Positions 1-12,608 of a stretch of 47,386 nucleotides of DNA are shown here, piece by piece. Made by a program: the position numbers and the translations under genes. How positions within the stretch are numbered: the stretch's first letter is position 1; every line of letters begins with the position of its first letter. This stretch comes from Chiloscyllium plagiosum (taxonomy: Eukaryota): contig NC_057753.1 in the NCBI RefSeq assembly GCF_004010195.1, positions 1,638,023-1,685,408 on the forward strand, in the 5' to 3' direction. A model generated the notes under the pieces. That model made no database searches and was not told the origin of the DNA. It saw nothing but the letters and a program-made list of their open reading frames with translations.

Positions 1-2510
1 TGACTGCCCCGCTCCCTCTAGCCTTCCTATTGCATCTTATCATTTCACTGCTGCTCCAATTTCAGGCTGCTTCTGTCAAATGTTTGTTGCTACTTGGCTC
101 AATAAAGATTCTGTTCATGCTACTACCGTTCTCTGATTGGTTAGCACCATGAATAAATATTCATCGTAATTTTTCTGGCTTTCAGGGTTAAATTTGCCAG
201 CCCCTGGCATGTGTTATAACTGGTGCATACCGCTTTTATTATTGAGTGAATTCTTCAATCCTATTGTTTGATCTCTAGTCCCCTTGATTGTCGCACTGAC
301 GTAATCTCTGACTCCCTGCACTTTTGGATTCAAATCTTGATAGTAAATCAAAAGTTCTCTTATTCTGATTTCATCAGTTGCAAATTGAACATAACTCGAT
401 TCCCTACAAAACAGAGCATTGCCAATGTGGGAAACATCCATGTGGGCAATAGATTATGGAACCTTGCAGGAGACACCCGCAGATCTCTGAGAAGAGGCAG
501 ACTCAAAGAAATGCAGCACTGTTGTTATCTTTACCACAAACCGGCCAGCTGAGCACACTGTCTGGTATCAGTTGACAGCAGGTTTCAACACAATGTTCAA
601 GAAAGTCTGAGCGTCCTGTTGCATAGTTGCCGAGACATATCCAGAAAACTGATCCTCAGTCAGTGTACATTGTTTGGGGTGTATTACCTTCAGTGAGCTT
701 GAGCTCTGCATTGATCTTTCTTCTTGGTGAATAATTATGGTTGTGATTTTGTTTTCGATACTGCTTAACTAGTTCCTCATCATAAGTCCACACTGTAGAT
801 GCACATGATTGTCTCTTACTTTTGAGCTAGCCACCAGTCAGCAAGCACAGATCAAGTAAATAAAGTTGTGAATTGAACTTTGGTTCGATTTATCTCTGAA
901 ACAATGATATAACAATGAGTAAGACCAATGAGCAATGCTTTTGGACTTGTTTCAATATACTAAAGTTTTCAAGCCTGAATTTTATTGCCCCATTGATCCC
1001 TACAGTGCATTCACCTTGGTGTCTCGAGTGCGTTCCAGTATCCTTCGAAATCCCCTTTGACGTAGAATAGAGTTTTATGGCTTTGTCACATCCTTATTCA
1101 AATCTGCTTATCTAACTGAGGCAGCAGGCCTTGAAATGTGCATCAGTTAATGCATGTATGTCAAAATATTGACATGCTGTATCTTTGCCTTCTTTACCTC
1201 CTGGCACCTATCGTTCTGTTGTCTGTTACACTAAATTATTGTATCCACAATTAAAATGGATTCTATTTTGTAAACTTGTTACACTCTTTTACATCGTTAA
1301 TTAAAACCAAACATACAGAACAGCTCACATCACCTCATCATCTGTTTAAATGTGAGTGAGCGTGAACTCCTAATTTCCACAATTCAAAGGAAAGTAACAA
1401 TTTATTTTCATAACTCTAACAAAAGCCCCTGTTATTAGAAGCAGGTAGAGTATGCAGCAGAGGGCGACTGAGAGGGAGCAGCATCCCTTCGGTGCATACA
1501 TTACAGTCTGAAAGCAATCACCTGTACTAAAGACAGAATCGTCTGACAATAGCACCCATGATTAGCAGCAGGAAGAGCATCCAATAGACAGTTGACGAGG
1601 GGGCATCATTTTTGCCAATACATTAAAGCCTGGAAGCTATCATGTGCACTGAAGAGCGGATTGTCGAGGGCCTGGTATCAAGGAGTCCTTTCAGCCTAAC
1701 TACAGCATCACAGTAGTGCTTCCCTTCTCCTCTAACCCAGAGGAAACAGCCTGTATAGACAGACTTGTTGTTGCTTTATTTGCTGGTAGCCAGGTAAGCA
1801 GTGAGGCTTTGGCTTGAAAGGCTGTGGAGAGTAGCAGGTCAGCAAAAAGTACAATTAAACTCAAATAAACACCTTTTAACTATCCTGTTTAGTCTTACAG
1901 CAGTTGAGATGGCAGTTAGGTGCATTTGCATATTACTACTGCAGAATCTGGGAAGTGAGGGTGATTTCCAACTTCCGTGATGAGTCCACCTGTGGGAAGG
2001 ATAACTTGCTGCAGCTCCTCGGAGACCGTGTTACAAAGCTGGCGCCAGATGGACTCAGAATCAACCGAGATGCTGTGCGCTTCGTAGATAAGAGTTTTTC
2101 TGAGGTGGTCACAGCGAACATGAAGGCAGACCGTAGCTGGGTGATCATCAGGAAACAAAAGTACTGGGAGTAGGCAGAGCTTGCAGAAATCCCCTTTGGA
2201 CCCCCCTCCCCCCGCCCCTCGAAAACAAGTGTACCGTTTCGGATAGTATTGTGGGGGATGGTTGTTCAGGGGGAAACAACAGCAGCCAGGTCGGTGGCAC
2301 TACGACTGGCTCCGGGGCACACCGGGAGAGAGTAAACTTAAACAGGACATTAGTGAGAGGAGACTTGACAGTTCGCGGGACAGACAGGAGATTCTGTAGC
2401 CGCAAACGGGAATACAGGATCATATGTTGCCTTCTAGGTGCCATGAGGTCCTGAGGAGTGATAAAAGAAAGATAGAAAAAATGTTTAAAACCACGACCTA
2501 TTCGGTGGTA
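1..2510. repeat. Segmental-duplication block, paralog of about 13960-16555 (first ~530 nt also at about 36820-37660)
   Basis: Collinear matches, e.g. atcagttgcaaattgaac (373, 14324, 37508), cagtgtacattgtttgggg (661, 14610), tgtcaaaatattgacatgctg (1159, 15127). Confidence 0.9.
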
Positions 2511-3170
2511 ATCTCTGGATGAATTCCAGTGCGACGTGCTAGTGAGGGTAAGAACAGGATGATATGAGAGATGAATTAACGCAAGGGGCAGGGATTCATA
2601 TTTTTAGACCATGAAAATTATTTCTGGGACAGAGGTGACATGTTCCAGAGGGACGGGTTGCATTTGGACTGGAGGGGAACCAAGATCTCGGCAGCACCAA
2701 GTTCACTAGTGCTTCAATGGAGGGTCGAAACGAGATTGGCAGGGGTGTGGAATCCTCAACAGCAGGCAGGCTAGTACAACGCTGAAGTGAAATACAGGAA
2801 TGAGAAGTCGTAAAGTGAAGAGACAGGTCAAGCTGGAAAACAATAGAGAGCAAACAATGCCTGTTGGATTCAGCAGCATCTATTTCAATGCAAGATATCT
2901 GAAATCAAGCTTGGATAGCTTCGTGGGAGTGGTACATTACAACCATGACAGAACCATGGCTAAGGAAGGTACGGGATGGCAGCTTAATGTACCAGGGTGC
3001 AGGTGTTTTAGGCAGGACGGAGATGGTAGAAAGATGGAGGGGGGTTGCGTTGCATTTTGATGAAGGTAAGTATCTCAGCAGTAGTCAGAGATGAAATAAC
3101 TGAACGATCATCCAGTGAAGGTTTGTTGGTGGAGCTAAGAAATAAGAAGTGAATGGTGACTTTGCTGTGT
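1740..3170 (+). mobile_element. Decayed CR1-clade LINE, 5' part (ORF1 with SGNH-esterase-like domain and start of ORF2 endonuclease)
   Basis: LVRGDLTVRGTDRRFCSRKREYRIICCLLGA matches the CR1 ORF1 esterase block. SIYFNAR...LNVPGCRCFRQD...GGCVAF matches the APE start. Boundaries approximate. Confidence 0.8.
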
Positions 3171-3639
3171 CATTTGGCAATGAAATTCAGAAGAGACAAA
3201 TATTTCGCTTGGCTTGCATTTGCTGACTTTAAATCATCCTCATCTGACCATTTGAGAATGAAAAATCATACACGTGCACTGCTGCACCTCGCCCCAAATT
3301 ATCTGCATTTGTTACATGGAATGTTGCCTCAGATAAAGATAGCGACACAGTCGTGAGCATGTAGTTCAGGAAATTTGTGAACAATGTGGAATTAAGTGCA
3401 GAGTGAAAGCGGTACTTTTTGTTGTTTTTTTAAGCTCTTACTTTGTAGGGTTTTGCAACAGGGTTAATTGAAGCTCGGGATCAGAGTTCCAGCACAGAAG
3501 AACGTCTTGAAAGTGATGTAATAATCGCATTGGTTTTTAACAGCTGCCAATTCGAATATTGAGTAAACGTTTATTTTCACAGTGAAAGTAAACCAGCGAA
3601 ATACTTGCAGAGAACAACGCAATTTCTAAGATTTAATGT

Positions 3640-4130
3640 AATGCCTCAGTAATTAAAAGAGAGTTGCCAGGCTAGGTGATATGTTGTAACTGCATAATGT
3701 GGGTGCGTTTGGACTCCATTCTGGTTGATAACGACCATATCTGTTGCCAGTCAAAGGTACTGCGGATGCTATAAATCAGAACCTAAATAGAAATAGCTGG
3801 ATAAACACTGCCTCTCTGGAAGAAGGTGTGGTGAGAAATCAGAGTTAACATTGCAGATCGAGTGATCATTCCTCAGAACTGATTTCTCTGACTTTTGTTC
3901 ACATTTGTTGCCAGACCTTCTGAGTGTCTTTAATAAATATTGCTTGATTGAGACCCTCCGACTCAGAGTTGATCAGCTCGAGTCAGCTCCGAACACTGCA
4001 ATACGTCATGGACGTGGAGATTTACTTTGATGCTGAGTTTCAAGAAGTGATCGTATCCCCTTAATTAACAACCTCGAATTCGATCAGAATGTAACTAGGA
4101 GCGATGCAGTGCTGAAGGCAAGACAACTCA
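3640..4130 (+). mobile_element. Old CR1 ORF1 N-terminal fragment, interrupted by a Penelope-derived short repeat (about 3750-3930)
   Basis: CCNCIMW...DHIC zinc-finger-like stretch, then ctgcggatgct...aatcagagttaac...cctcagaactg, typical of shark Penelope terminal repeats. Very diverged. Confidence 0.45.
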
Positions 4131-4154
4131 TGTGTTTCTAGCTTTGTCTAACTG

Positions 4155-4432
4155 ACCCTTCAGCACAATAAGTCCACACCGACCCTAGGAAGAGCAACCC
4201 ACCCCTTAACATTTACCCCTGCACCTAACACTATGGGCAATTTAGCATGGTCAATTCATCTAACCGGCACATCTTTGGATTGTGAAGGAAACCGGAGCAC
4301 CCAGAGGAAACCCGCGCAGACACGGGGAGAATGTGCAAACTCCACACAGGCAGACGCCCGAGGCTGGAATCGAACCTGAGACCCTGGTGCTGTGGGGCAG
4401 CAGTACTAATCACTGAGCCACCGTCCCGCCCC
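4155..4432 (-). mobile_element. HE1-type tRNA-derived SINE
   Basis: On the minus strand: A-box (GGTGGCTCAGTGA), B-box (GGTTCGATTCC), core TGTGTGGAGTTTGCACATTCTCCCCGTGTCTGCG and CR1-derived tail. Confidence 0.88.
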
Positions 4433-5629
4433 ATGTTTACCCGCACTGTAATATTGATGCTTTCCATTCGGATATATTTATAAGAACTACACATTTAAAT
4501 AAAGGCTTTATCTTTGGAATGCATTCATTTAGTCTTTGACCACTGCATGGAAAAATTACAAACAATTGGCTCCTTATGTGGAGCTCAGGGCGACCTAGAG
4601 AGGCAATGGATACGTAGGAAAAATAATTGAATTCAACGCAGAGCGGAGAGGAAGAGAAATGAAGAATAAAGTCTGGGGAGATCGGAAGAAATCGGAGATG
4701 AGCGGTTAGGATGTGGTAACATTGGTTTAAGTTTAAAACCGCCAATAAATCTTCCCTACTACTGTGCTGACAAAGACTGTCCCGCGTCTGGGCAGCAATC
4801 GTAAACAGTCAGGAAGCTGCTAGCTGGGTAGTCTTGAACGGGACTTTTGTGTTCACTTCTGCTCATCACCATTAATACGGCTTGTAAGGGTTTTCTGGAG
4901 TGGGCACAGTAGTGTTATCGGAATTAATCAAGCAAAGCAGGTTGAGAAAAGATTTGATTATGTTGCAAGATTAACAGCAAGTTCAAATAAGGTAGAAAAA
5001 ACAATATATTCCCATTAGTTGATGATTTACAGATTATGGACAGATTGACATTGCTGAGAAAGGAACAGAAGAGGTGATGTGATAAGAAAATGTTCGCACA
5101 ATTGGTAGTGATGTCCTGGAACTTGCGGCCTCTGATGGTGGTTGAAAAAGATACAGTGAGTGAATTGAAAACTAAATTGAAGCAACATTTGAGAGAAAGA
5201 TCATGCAATGATAGAACTGGGTTAATGGAGGTCTGCAAAGACGTTCACGTTTTAGGTCTGTGAGCAAGTGAAAGGGGTCAGGAAGTGGATTTGAGTCCGA
5301 GGGGGGAAGATGAACAAAAGGGAACGTCTGTTAAAATTTTTGAAATCAATGAAAACAGTCAAAGCAGGCAGGAAGATTTGTCTGCATGAGGTATGAACCG
5401 GTGAATGGAAGCCTTGAATGTATGAAAATAATAGAAGAGCGACAACAGAAATCGAAGTCAGAGAGAAACATGAATTAAATGGGACACAAATCAAATCACA
5501 AAATTCATGTACCTTGACACCTGAATGTTGATTTCTATTAATGCCCAATCCAAATTAAATGTCACAGACCTGTTAACTTTGCTTATTCCCTCTACAGTAG
5601 TACAGCTCAGAACAGGAGGTTATTAGCAC

Positions 5630-5698
5630 CCACCTCTTCGCAGGGTCGATGTGGACTTGGGCTGAAGGGCTTGTTTCCATACTGTAGAGAATCTAATA
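5630..5698 (+). mobile_element. 3' tail fragment of HE1 SINE or its partner LINE
   Basis: gggtcgatgtggacttgggctgaagggcttgtttccatactg matches the 3' end of the other SINE copies. Confidence 0.6.
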
Positions 5699-5894
5699 TA
5701 TTATCCATCTTGCATCACTTCTTGCCATTTTAACTACATGTGTTTGCACGAACAAGTACTGGTGTATATTCAGCGATTGCTGATCGCAGTACAGAGCTAA
5801 AGCAAGGGAATTCAACTGCACAGGCTAAACAAGATGACAGGTAAATGAGCATAAAAAACAATGGATGGAATACAATGTTGATGTCAAATCGCAT

Positions 5895-5900
5895 TTTATT
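5895..5900 (-). terminator. Candidate polyadenylation signal of copy 1
   Basis: AATAAA about 27 nt after the stop; conserved in copy 2 (23211-23216) and absent at the matching site in copy 3. Confidence 0.35.
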
Positions 5901-5927
5901 GCAATTTTTGTGCATTTCATATGTTCA

Positions 5928-6835
5928 CTATTGAAAACATTTAAACACTAGTGTCAGAGGAAATTTCATCAACTTACTTAACTGCTTTCTGAACTTCCTT
6001 TGGGTCCCTGCATAAATAAATGGGTTGATACACGAACTCAAAAGCTGAAGCATATACCCGCCTTCATCAAGAATAAAATTCGATTGATTGTAATTCGATC
6101 CAGAGAAATAAGTGACATTTGCAATTTGAACATAGAGGAAAGTCAGGAGAACCAACAAATACGACAGGAGGAAACTGCCCGAGATGGCGAAGAGTAAAAC
6201 AATGGACATTCTCTGTTTTTCCATCTCTGTGTCAATCTGATTCTTTCCATTGCTCTTGGTCTGGAGTCTCCTGCGAGCTCTACTGGTCAATATAATATGC
6301 TTAACGGTGAGGGTATTGAGCAGCAAAATCAGAATGAATGGAAGACAAGGGTTCAAAATTACTATTGTCCAATCGTACACAACCCAATAGAGTGAGGTAT
6401 AATATATTGATTTGATGCTGCAATACCAAGATACATTGTTAGTGATAAAGGAAGGCTCATACACAAACTACAAGGGGATGTTTCTGATACAGCTCAGAGT
6501 GCAGGCTGTTGCTATGACCACAGCTGCTACTTTCCCAGTGCAATATTTTATTTTCAGGTTCTGGCAACAAATAGCAATGAATCGATCAAAGGTGAACATA
6601 ACAGTTACCCAGACTGAAGAATCTCGGAATCCATTAATTAACATAAGACTGGCACGACAGATTGGGGTGATAGACAGGAATGACATTGGGAAAAAAATGC
6701 CCATAATCCGATTTAATATGACAGCTGTGATAATCACCAGGACATCCGTTAGCGCCATCGATACCAGGTAATACACAACACATTTGGAAAGTCCACACCT
6801 TTCCCATGACAGGATAACAATCACCAAAAGGTTAG
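5928..6835 (-). pseudogene. GPR139/GPR142-like class A GPCR, copy 1, exon 2 (TM1 end to TM7 and C-tail), with in-frame premature stop
   Basis: Acceptor ...ctttttcaaAG|CTAAC at 6837/6835. ORFs 6468..6827 and 5928..6464 are in the same frame, separated by TAG at 6468-6470, where both paralogs have TAC (Tyr). Motifs: TFDRFIAIC (DRY-like), NPCLPF (TM5), NPFIY (NPxxY). Confidence 0.9.
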
Positions 6836-8019
6836 CTTTGAAAAAGAGATATACAACACTGAATACATGATATCGATAAGGACCTAATTAAAGACAAAGC
6901 AGAAATTTTGACATGAGCACCTTTCTGAATGCAATTTCAAAGTGAATAATGAGTCCCAGTTTTGCACTAAACTATTTGACTGCAGAAAAACAATCTCTAA
7001 CCTGGCAGCCAACTTTCGCTATTATGTCATTTTTGTAATAGTCGCAGCTTTATAATCAACACTGATACTCTTTATTTATGATTTAGTTGCAGGAAATTCA
7101 TTATACGTTGCCCTTGGGCGATTAGTACATGGAAACAGCAGCAAAAGTTGCTTGAAATATTGGCAATTTGATGAATCAGTGGTATTGTATCGACCGAGGA
7201 CATGGCCATAAAAAACTGGACGAGATAGAATGTAAAGAAATCCTAAGCGTTTCATATTGAAGCAAATATCCAGGAAGAGGTCACTTAAACCGAAAAAGAA
7301 AACTCATCTCTGAATTGGAAGAGATCTGGGATTACATTTGATAACAATTTTAATCTAAGGTAACAGCATTTTGTGGCAGACAATGAATCAACAGAATAGG
7401 TATATCTCTTTTGTCAATATTCTCTCTTTTACTCCAATAATTTTATCTTCAAATCTTACTGCAAGACTTCAATATTGACTGAATATTGCATTACCCAAGG
7501 TATTTCATTTGGGAAAAAACAAAAAAATGGAAGATGTGGGAAATAATAGTAGAATATAAAATGTAACAGAACTGTCAAGAAGTGACTGTTAATATTCCTT
7601 CGGAAGCAACAACTAGTACACCATGTTAATATTGATTTCCCTTGGTAGCTGTGCAGATAGAAAAACATATGATACATTTGCAGTGAGATAAGTAATTGTC
7701 AGTTAAACTGCTCAAAACAATGGACGTGCAATTAAATAATAATCCCAGTGAAATAATTCACGTGCAGTATTGGCGTTAGAAACACAACAGAACAACATTT
7801 CCTACTTCTGAGAATAGCAATACACCAGTCGAAAGGGGGAATATGATACTTCTCCAGGAAAAACAGTGCACTAACAGTGCAAGCAAGCTATGCAATTGAA
7901 AAGCAGAATTGACAGATTTCAATTGGAGAAGATAAGGTACAAATGATTTAATATCATATTTGTCGTAAATGGAACATTTTGCCTTTAAAAGAATGTGATA
8001 CATTCTATCCCAACAAAGT

Positions 8020-8200
8020 GAAAGTTGCCAAGGTCATCCTGTTCTCTGGTTAGAGAGAGAGAGAGGATCCATAATGGTTTAACCAGAAGACCATTAAGCC
8101 TCAGGCGAGGCGAGAGATTGCAAAGTGGAGACCGTCATGGCAACCTCGGTGAGTGCAGGAATTTAAGCAAAAAAGAACTGCCATTCAACCAACTGAGTAA
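8020..8200 (-). mobile_element. Old tRNA-head SINE-like repeat in the GPCR intron (paralogs at about 25315-25545 and 40505-40700)
   Basis: B-box-like GGTTCAATTCC on the minus strand in copies 2 and 3 (degenerate in copy 1), with a (GA)n tract. Present at the same intronic position in all three genes, so it predates the duplications. Confidence 0.5.
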
Positions 8201-8394
8201 ATGACTTCCTCAAAATTATGTACCCCAAATAGACAATCCCATTGTATCCGACCAGATGGACAGACTGAATGCCACCAAAATCTATGAATTCATTGGGACT
8301 ACAGTATTGATAACTGAGACAAGTTGTAAACAGAAATATAATTAACAAAGCTGTTAAATTTATTCCTATTTCGCATCAACGAGAAATCCTTTAC

Positions 8395-8464
8395 CTGGAG
8401 TGCCTATAGTTGCTAGGATTGGATAGTAAATAGCAAACACGAGCCCTTTCGGTATTCCATGCAT
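8395..8464 (-). pseudogene. GPCR copy 1, coding exon 1 (MHGIPKGLVFAIYYPILATIGTP+G)
   Basis: ATG at 8464-8462, 70 nt, donor CAG|GTAAAG. Splices in frame to exon 2 (70+908=978 nt). Near-identical exon in both paralogs. Confidence 0.9.
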
Positions 8465-8515
8465 TTCGGTCTCAAGCTGCAGTTGCGTTTGGCATGACAG
8501 TGGTTGGTAGTCACA

Positions 8516-8590
8516 TTTATATCTTCTACCAAGCTCCAGGGACACAATTGAATGTATTGTTATTTGAAATAATTAATCTAATGGGAGCAA
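8516..8590 (-). promoter_or_regulatory. Proximal promoter of copy 1: TATA box and TAAT-core homeodomain-like cluster
   Basis: TATAAA at 8521-8516, 51 nt upstream of the ATG and positionally identical in all three copies. ATAATTAATCTAATGG at about 8569-8584. Confidence 0.6.
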
Positions 8591-9184
8591 TCAGATTGTA
8601 GACACTTCTGCTCTGCTCATCTTCAATTTTGATGGAATAGAAATTTATTCATGGGTGCAGGTATTGCTCCAAAGTAAAGTTCTTACGGGGTGTGGTCTTC
8701 CTGATTCAAAAAAGTGAAATACGAAACAGACCGTTGCAAATGTGCAGATTGATGAATCTGCATGAAGTATCCCTGTCTATTAATAAGACATCTCTGTCCT
8801 GAGACATTCTGTTTTATTGGAATGTGCGGCCACCTTTCCTCTCGTGATCATTATTCCATCCTTATGATCACTGATTAGGGTTAGGTCTGTGTGAAACTGT
8901 ATAACCCCTTCAAAGCAAAAGTCTACGCACGGTTTATGGGCTCGTCCATTTAATTTCATGTTGCGTTCTCAGGGCCATTTTATTTTAATTTTTTTTTTCA
9001 AGATCAGACTGTACATGTGTGAACTATTACATTGCAGTCTGACACCTCAAGCACATGTTGATCAGATTGAATTCAACATGCACAAGTCCAATGTAGCAGG
9101 TATATTAAAATTGATATCGACTGCTTTGTGGCTAATCATGTAATGCGGGGATAATCCGTTCATTGTGATTACATTTCGCATGAT

Positions 9185-9320
9185 GTAGATGTGCCGGTGT
9201 TGGACTGAGTGGAGAAAGTCTGAAGTCGTCATCTGACAATGGGGCAGCATTCCGACCACTTGCGATTCCAAATAAACCTGTTGGACTATAACCTGGCGTT
9301 GTGTGAGTTCTGTCTTCTTT
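9185..9320. mobile_element. Short Penelope-derived repeat (paralog at about 26470-26600)
   Basis: aaataaacctgttggactataacctggcgttgtgtga motif, preceded by a degenerate CTGAnGA-stem-GAAA. Shared by units 1 and 2 and absent at the matching site of unit 3 (about 41660). Confidence 0.55.
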
Positions 9321-9927
9321 CAGCATAAACTGATCCAGTGCATACTGTTTCATTCTGTCTGCATTGAACCATATCACTGTGCTTGTCTTTGCTACGGAGT
9401 TGGGTGGGGCAGGATATAGTTTAATCAATTCATTGAACAGACAGGGACTAATCCAGTTTCACAAGGTTAAATTAAGTGGAGAGAGTCTCATTCAGTAGTC
9501 GCCAACTACGAAAGAACAGATCCATGCTCCCGTAGTATGTGTTTAGTCAGAGCAGAAACGTGCGGTTGAGCACAATTCATCTCAAAGTTGTGAAACTGTC
9601 CAAGTGAATTTGGTTATTAGTACAGTGAAATGAACTAACTGTGAATATTTATACTCAGTGTTGAAAATTTCCATCCAGTTCTGAGCACAGCTGAATTCAG
9701 TGCGCACAGGCTTAGTTCTGCAGTTACATTCATCACACACAGGATCAATTCAGGACGCTTACCTTCATTGCACCGGCCCTGGTCATCAGCTTGACCTTCG
9801 GTTTTTGACCAAGGCTGTAACATTTTCAGAAAAAGGTGAGCGCATTGAGTTAGGAATAATGAGCTGCAATGCAATAAAGGGGCATGGGTTGCATTTCCTG
9901 TGTGTGGAAGACGTCCTCGGAAAGGAA

Positions 9928-10756
9928 GCTGTTGTTTCAGGTGAGTGCATGAAATGTGCTGGAAAAGGTCTGAGGAGAGAGCACCTGGGAAGAATAGAAA
10001 TAAGTAATATTCTATGTAGAAATCCACTGCCTGCTCCACTATTCAATTAGATTGTGGGTGTTCTCATAATCCTCCACTTCATTTTCCTGCCTATTTTCTA
10101 GAATCCTTGAATCTCTTATTTATTAAAAAAAATCTATCCCACCCTTGAATACACTTAGTGACGCCGGCCTTCCTATCTCTGTGCTTATGATCTCCCCAAA
10201 TTAACAACTCTCTGACAGAAGAAATTCCTCCTTGTTACTGTCTTAAATGTGCAATGTCTTGCTGGATATAGGTTTTCTCGCTGAGCTGGCAGGTCCATTT
10301 TCAGAGGTTTCGTCACAATACTAGTTAACATCTTCAGTGAGGCTGTTGTTTCAGGTGAGTGCATGAAATGTGCTGGAAAAGGTCTGAGGAGAGAGCACCT
10401 GGGAAGAATAGAAATAAGTAATATTCTATGTAGAAATCCACTGCCTGCTCCACTATTCAATTAGATTGTGGGTGTTCTCATAATCCTCCACTTCATTTTC
10501 CTGCCTATTTTCTAGAATCCTTGAATCTCTTATTTATTAAAAAAAAAATCTATCCCACCCTTGAATACACTTAGTGACGCCGGCCTTCCTATCTCTGTGC
10601 TTATGATCCCCCAAATTAACAACTCTCTGACAGAAGAAATTCCTCCTTGTTACTGTCTTAAATGTGCAATGTATTGCTGGATGTAGGTTTTCTCGCTGAG
10701 CTGGCAGGTCCATTTTCAGAGGTTTCGTCACAATACTAGTTAACATCTTCAGTGAG
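9928..10756 (+). repeat. Near-perfect tandem duplication, period 414 (9928-10341 / 10342-10756)
   Basis: Both copies start gctgttgtttcaggtgag and end catcttcagtgag, with only a few differences (A-run length, two or three small changes). Single copy in unit 2. Confidence 0.97.
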
Positions 10757-11960
10757 CCTCCAGATTTACTCTTACTCTGAGAATATACTCTCTAGTCCGA
10801 GACTTACCCATGAGAAACAAACCTCGCAGCATCAACCCTCTCAAGCCCTCTACCTTTCATTCTTCTAAACTCTAATGTTTACAATCCAACCTACTTGACC
10901 TCTCGTCGTGAGAAAATCCCTCCATGCCTGGCATCATTGAATCCTCTCGAGACTGCCTTCAATGGCATATATCTTATCTGAGATAAGGAGACCAAATATG
11001 CTCACACTTTTCTAGGTGACATCTATATACGTTGTATGGTTTTCACAAGACTTCCCTCTTTCTATAAAACATTCCCTGAGATAGGCGAACAATCCAGTTA
11101 AATTCCTTATCATCTGGTCAACCTGTATGCTAATTGTTTTCTGATTTATGTACTAGGATCCCCAAATGTCTTTGTGATTCTGCAGTCTCCTCAAAGAAAA
11201 ACATTTTTGTTCTTCTGCATAAACGAAGTTTTCACGTTATATTCCACTGACCAAACTTTGGAACACTGATGTAAACTGTCTATATTTATCTGGAGATGCT
11301 TTGTATTTTCCTAGCAACTGACCTTCCCACCAGGTTGTCTGGGACCACACGCACTTACCTTTTTCATTTGCAAATATATAACTTCAAATAATTGTACTTC
11401 AAGGACGCCTCCCAGTGCTACTCTGAAAGTTGCATATTCCCATGTGGAAAATTGCCCTCTTTTCCCAACGTTGTCATCTATTAACTCACCAGTTCTCTGT
11501 CTCTACGGTCAACACACAATGAACTCTTATTAAGCAACTTTATGTGTAGGACCTTATCGAACAACTTTTGGAAATTTAGAAATTTTACATTGGTTGGTTC
11601 TCCTTTATGATCTTGCTTGTTACCTCCTCAAAGTATTATGATAAATTTGTGGGGCATAGGTTCCACTTTGATGAAGCCATGTTGGATAAACTCGATTCCT
11701 TTGTGCGTTTCTAAATATTCTCCAACTACATTATTTATAGTAGATCTTAACATTTTTCTAAGGACAAATTTTAAGCTAACTGAATTATTTTTTGGTCTCG
11801 CGTTTTATTTCCAATTCTTAGGGATTTTTCCAGACTCGACAGATTCTTGGAATATTACTACCATGCATCCATTGTCCCTTTATCTACTTCATTTCATATC
11901 CTAGGACCCAACCCATCATGTCCAGGGCACTTATTAACTCTTTGGCCCAACGGTTTCCCA
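10000..11960 (-). mobile_element. Ancient CR1-like ORF2 3' remnant (paralog about 27520-29950)
   Basis: RRNFFCQRVVNL / RRKFFCQRIVNLWSSL (CR1 C-terminus) and FQTVFDKFPH (RT FSKAFDKVPH-like) in the paralog. Heavily decayed. Confidence 0.65.
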
Positions 11961-12339
11961 GTAATTTCTGTCTAGTGATGATCTTTTTAAAAAATTCCTC
12001 CCCCACTATTGCCCACTGATAATTTAATACGTTAGGAATTCTGTTAGTGGTTATTTACATGCAACAGACAACCCCTCACCCACTCAAATCCCGGCTTAAT
12101 TTTGACTATCAGGAGGGTTACTTCTGAGTTTTCATAAGATTCTTTTGATTCTCACCATTCCCCCAATCCGTGGACAGTATCTTCATAATGATACTTCTAC
12201 ATTTCTGTTACCAAATGGGCAATTGTTCACACTTAAAAATATGTTCGGAAAATTGAATCAAAATCCTCAATAATTATCACTGCTCCATTGACCTGAAGTC
12301 TAAAACACAAAAGGCGAGCATGAATTCAGTGCGGCATTG

Positions 12340-12600
12340 AAGCAGGCACAAGAGGTCAGGCATAGGATAATGAGTAGGCCACTCAACCCCTCGAGCCTGC
12401 TCCACCACTCAATACGCTTACGCTTGATCTGCGGTCTAATTCCATATGCCTGCCTTGGGCTCATATACCTTCGCACTTTTGCCAATAAAACATTATCTCT
12501 CTCATTTTTAAATTTTATAATTGAATTATGATCAACCAACATTCGAGGAAGCGAGTTCCAAACCTCCACTACTAGCGGTTTCTAATGTTCTCGTGAATTG
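12340..12600 (-). mobile_element. Old CR1 3' end fragment (paralog about 31450-31740)
   Basis: MEVWNSLP...IIKFKNERD followed by a 3' UTR-like segment. Confidence 0.55.
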
Positions 12601-12608
12601 CTTGGCCC

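Noticed and set aside
570..700. Minus-strand peptide VIHPKQ...MQQDAQTFLNIVL resembling the ubiquitin-specific protease QQDAxEFL motif
   Set aside because: Broken by stops and frameshifts in the paralog (about 14530-14650), and no Cys-box or His-box is recognisable nearby. Likely chance unless a BLASTx of the consensus says otherwise.
6000..6771. Plus-strand ORFs antisense to the GPCR exons (also 23728..24012)
   Set aside because: Shadow ORFs of the coding strand with non-ATG or unconserved starts and no independent motif.
8533..8543. Possible O/E (EBF) site next to the TATA box (GCTCCAGGGA)
   Set aside because: Only the GGGA half is kept across the three copies, and it fits TCCCNNGGGA poorly.
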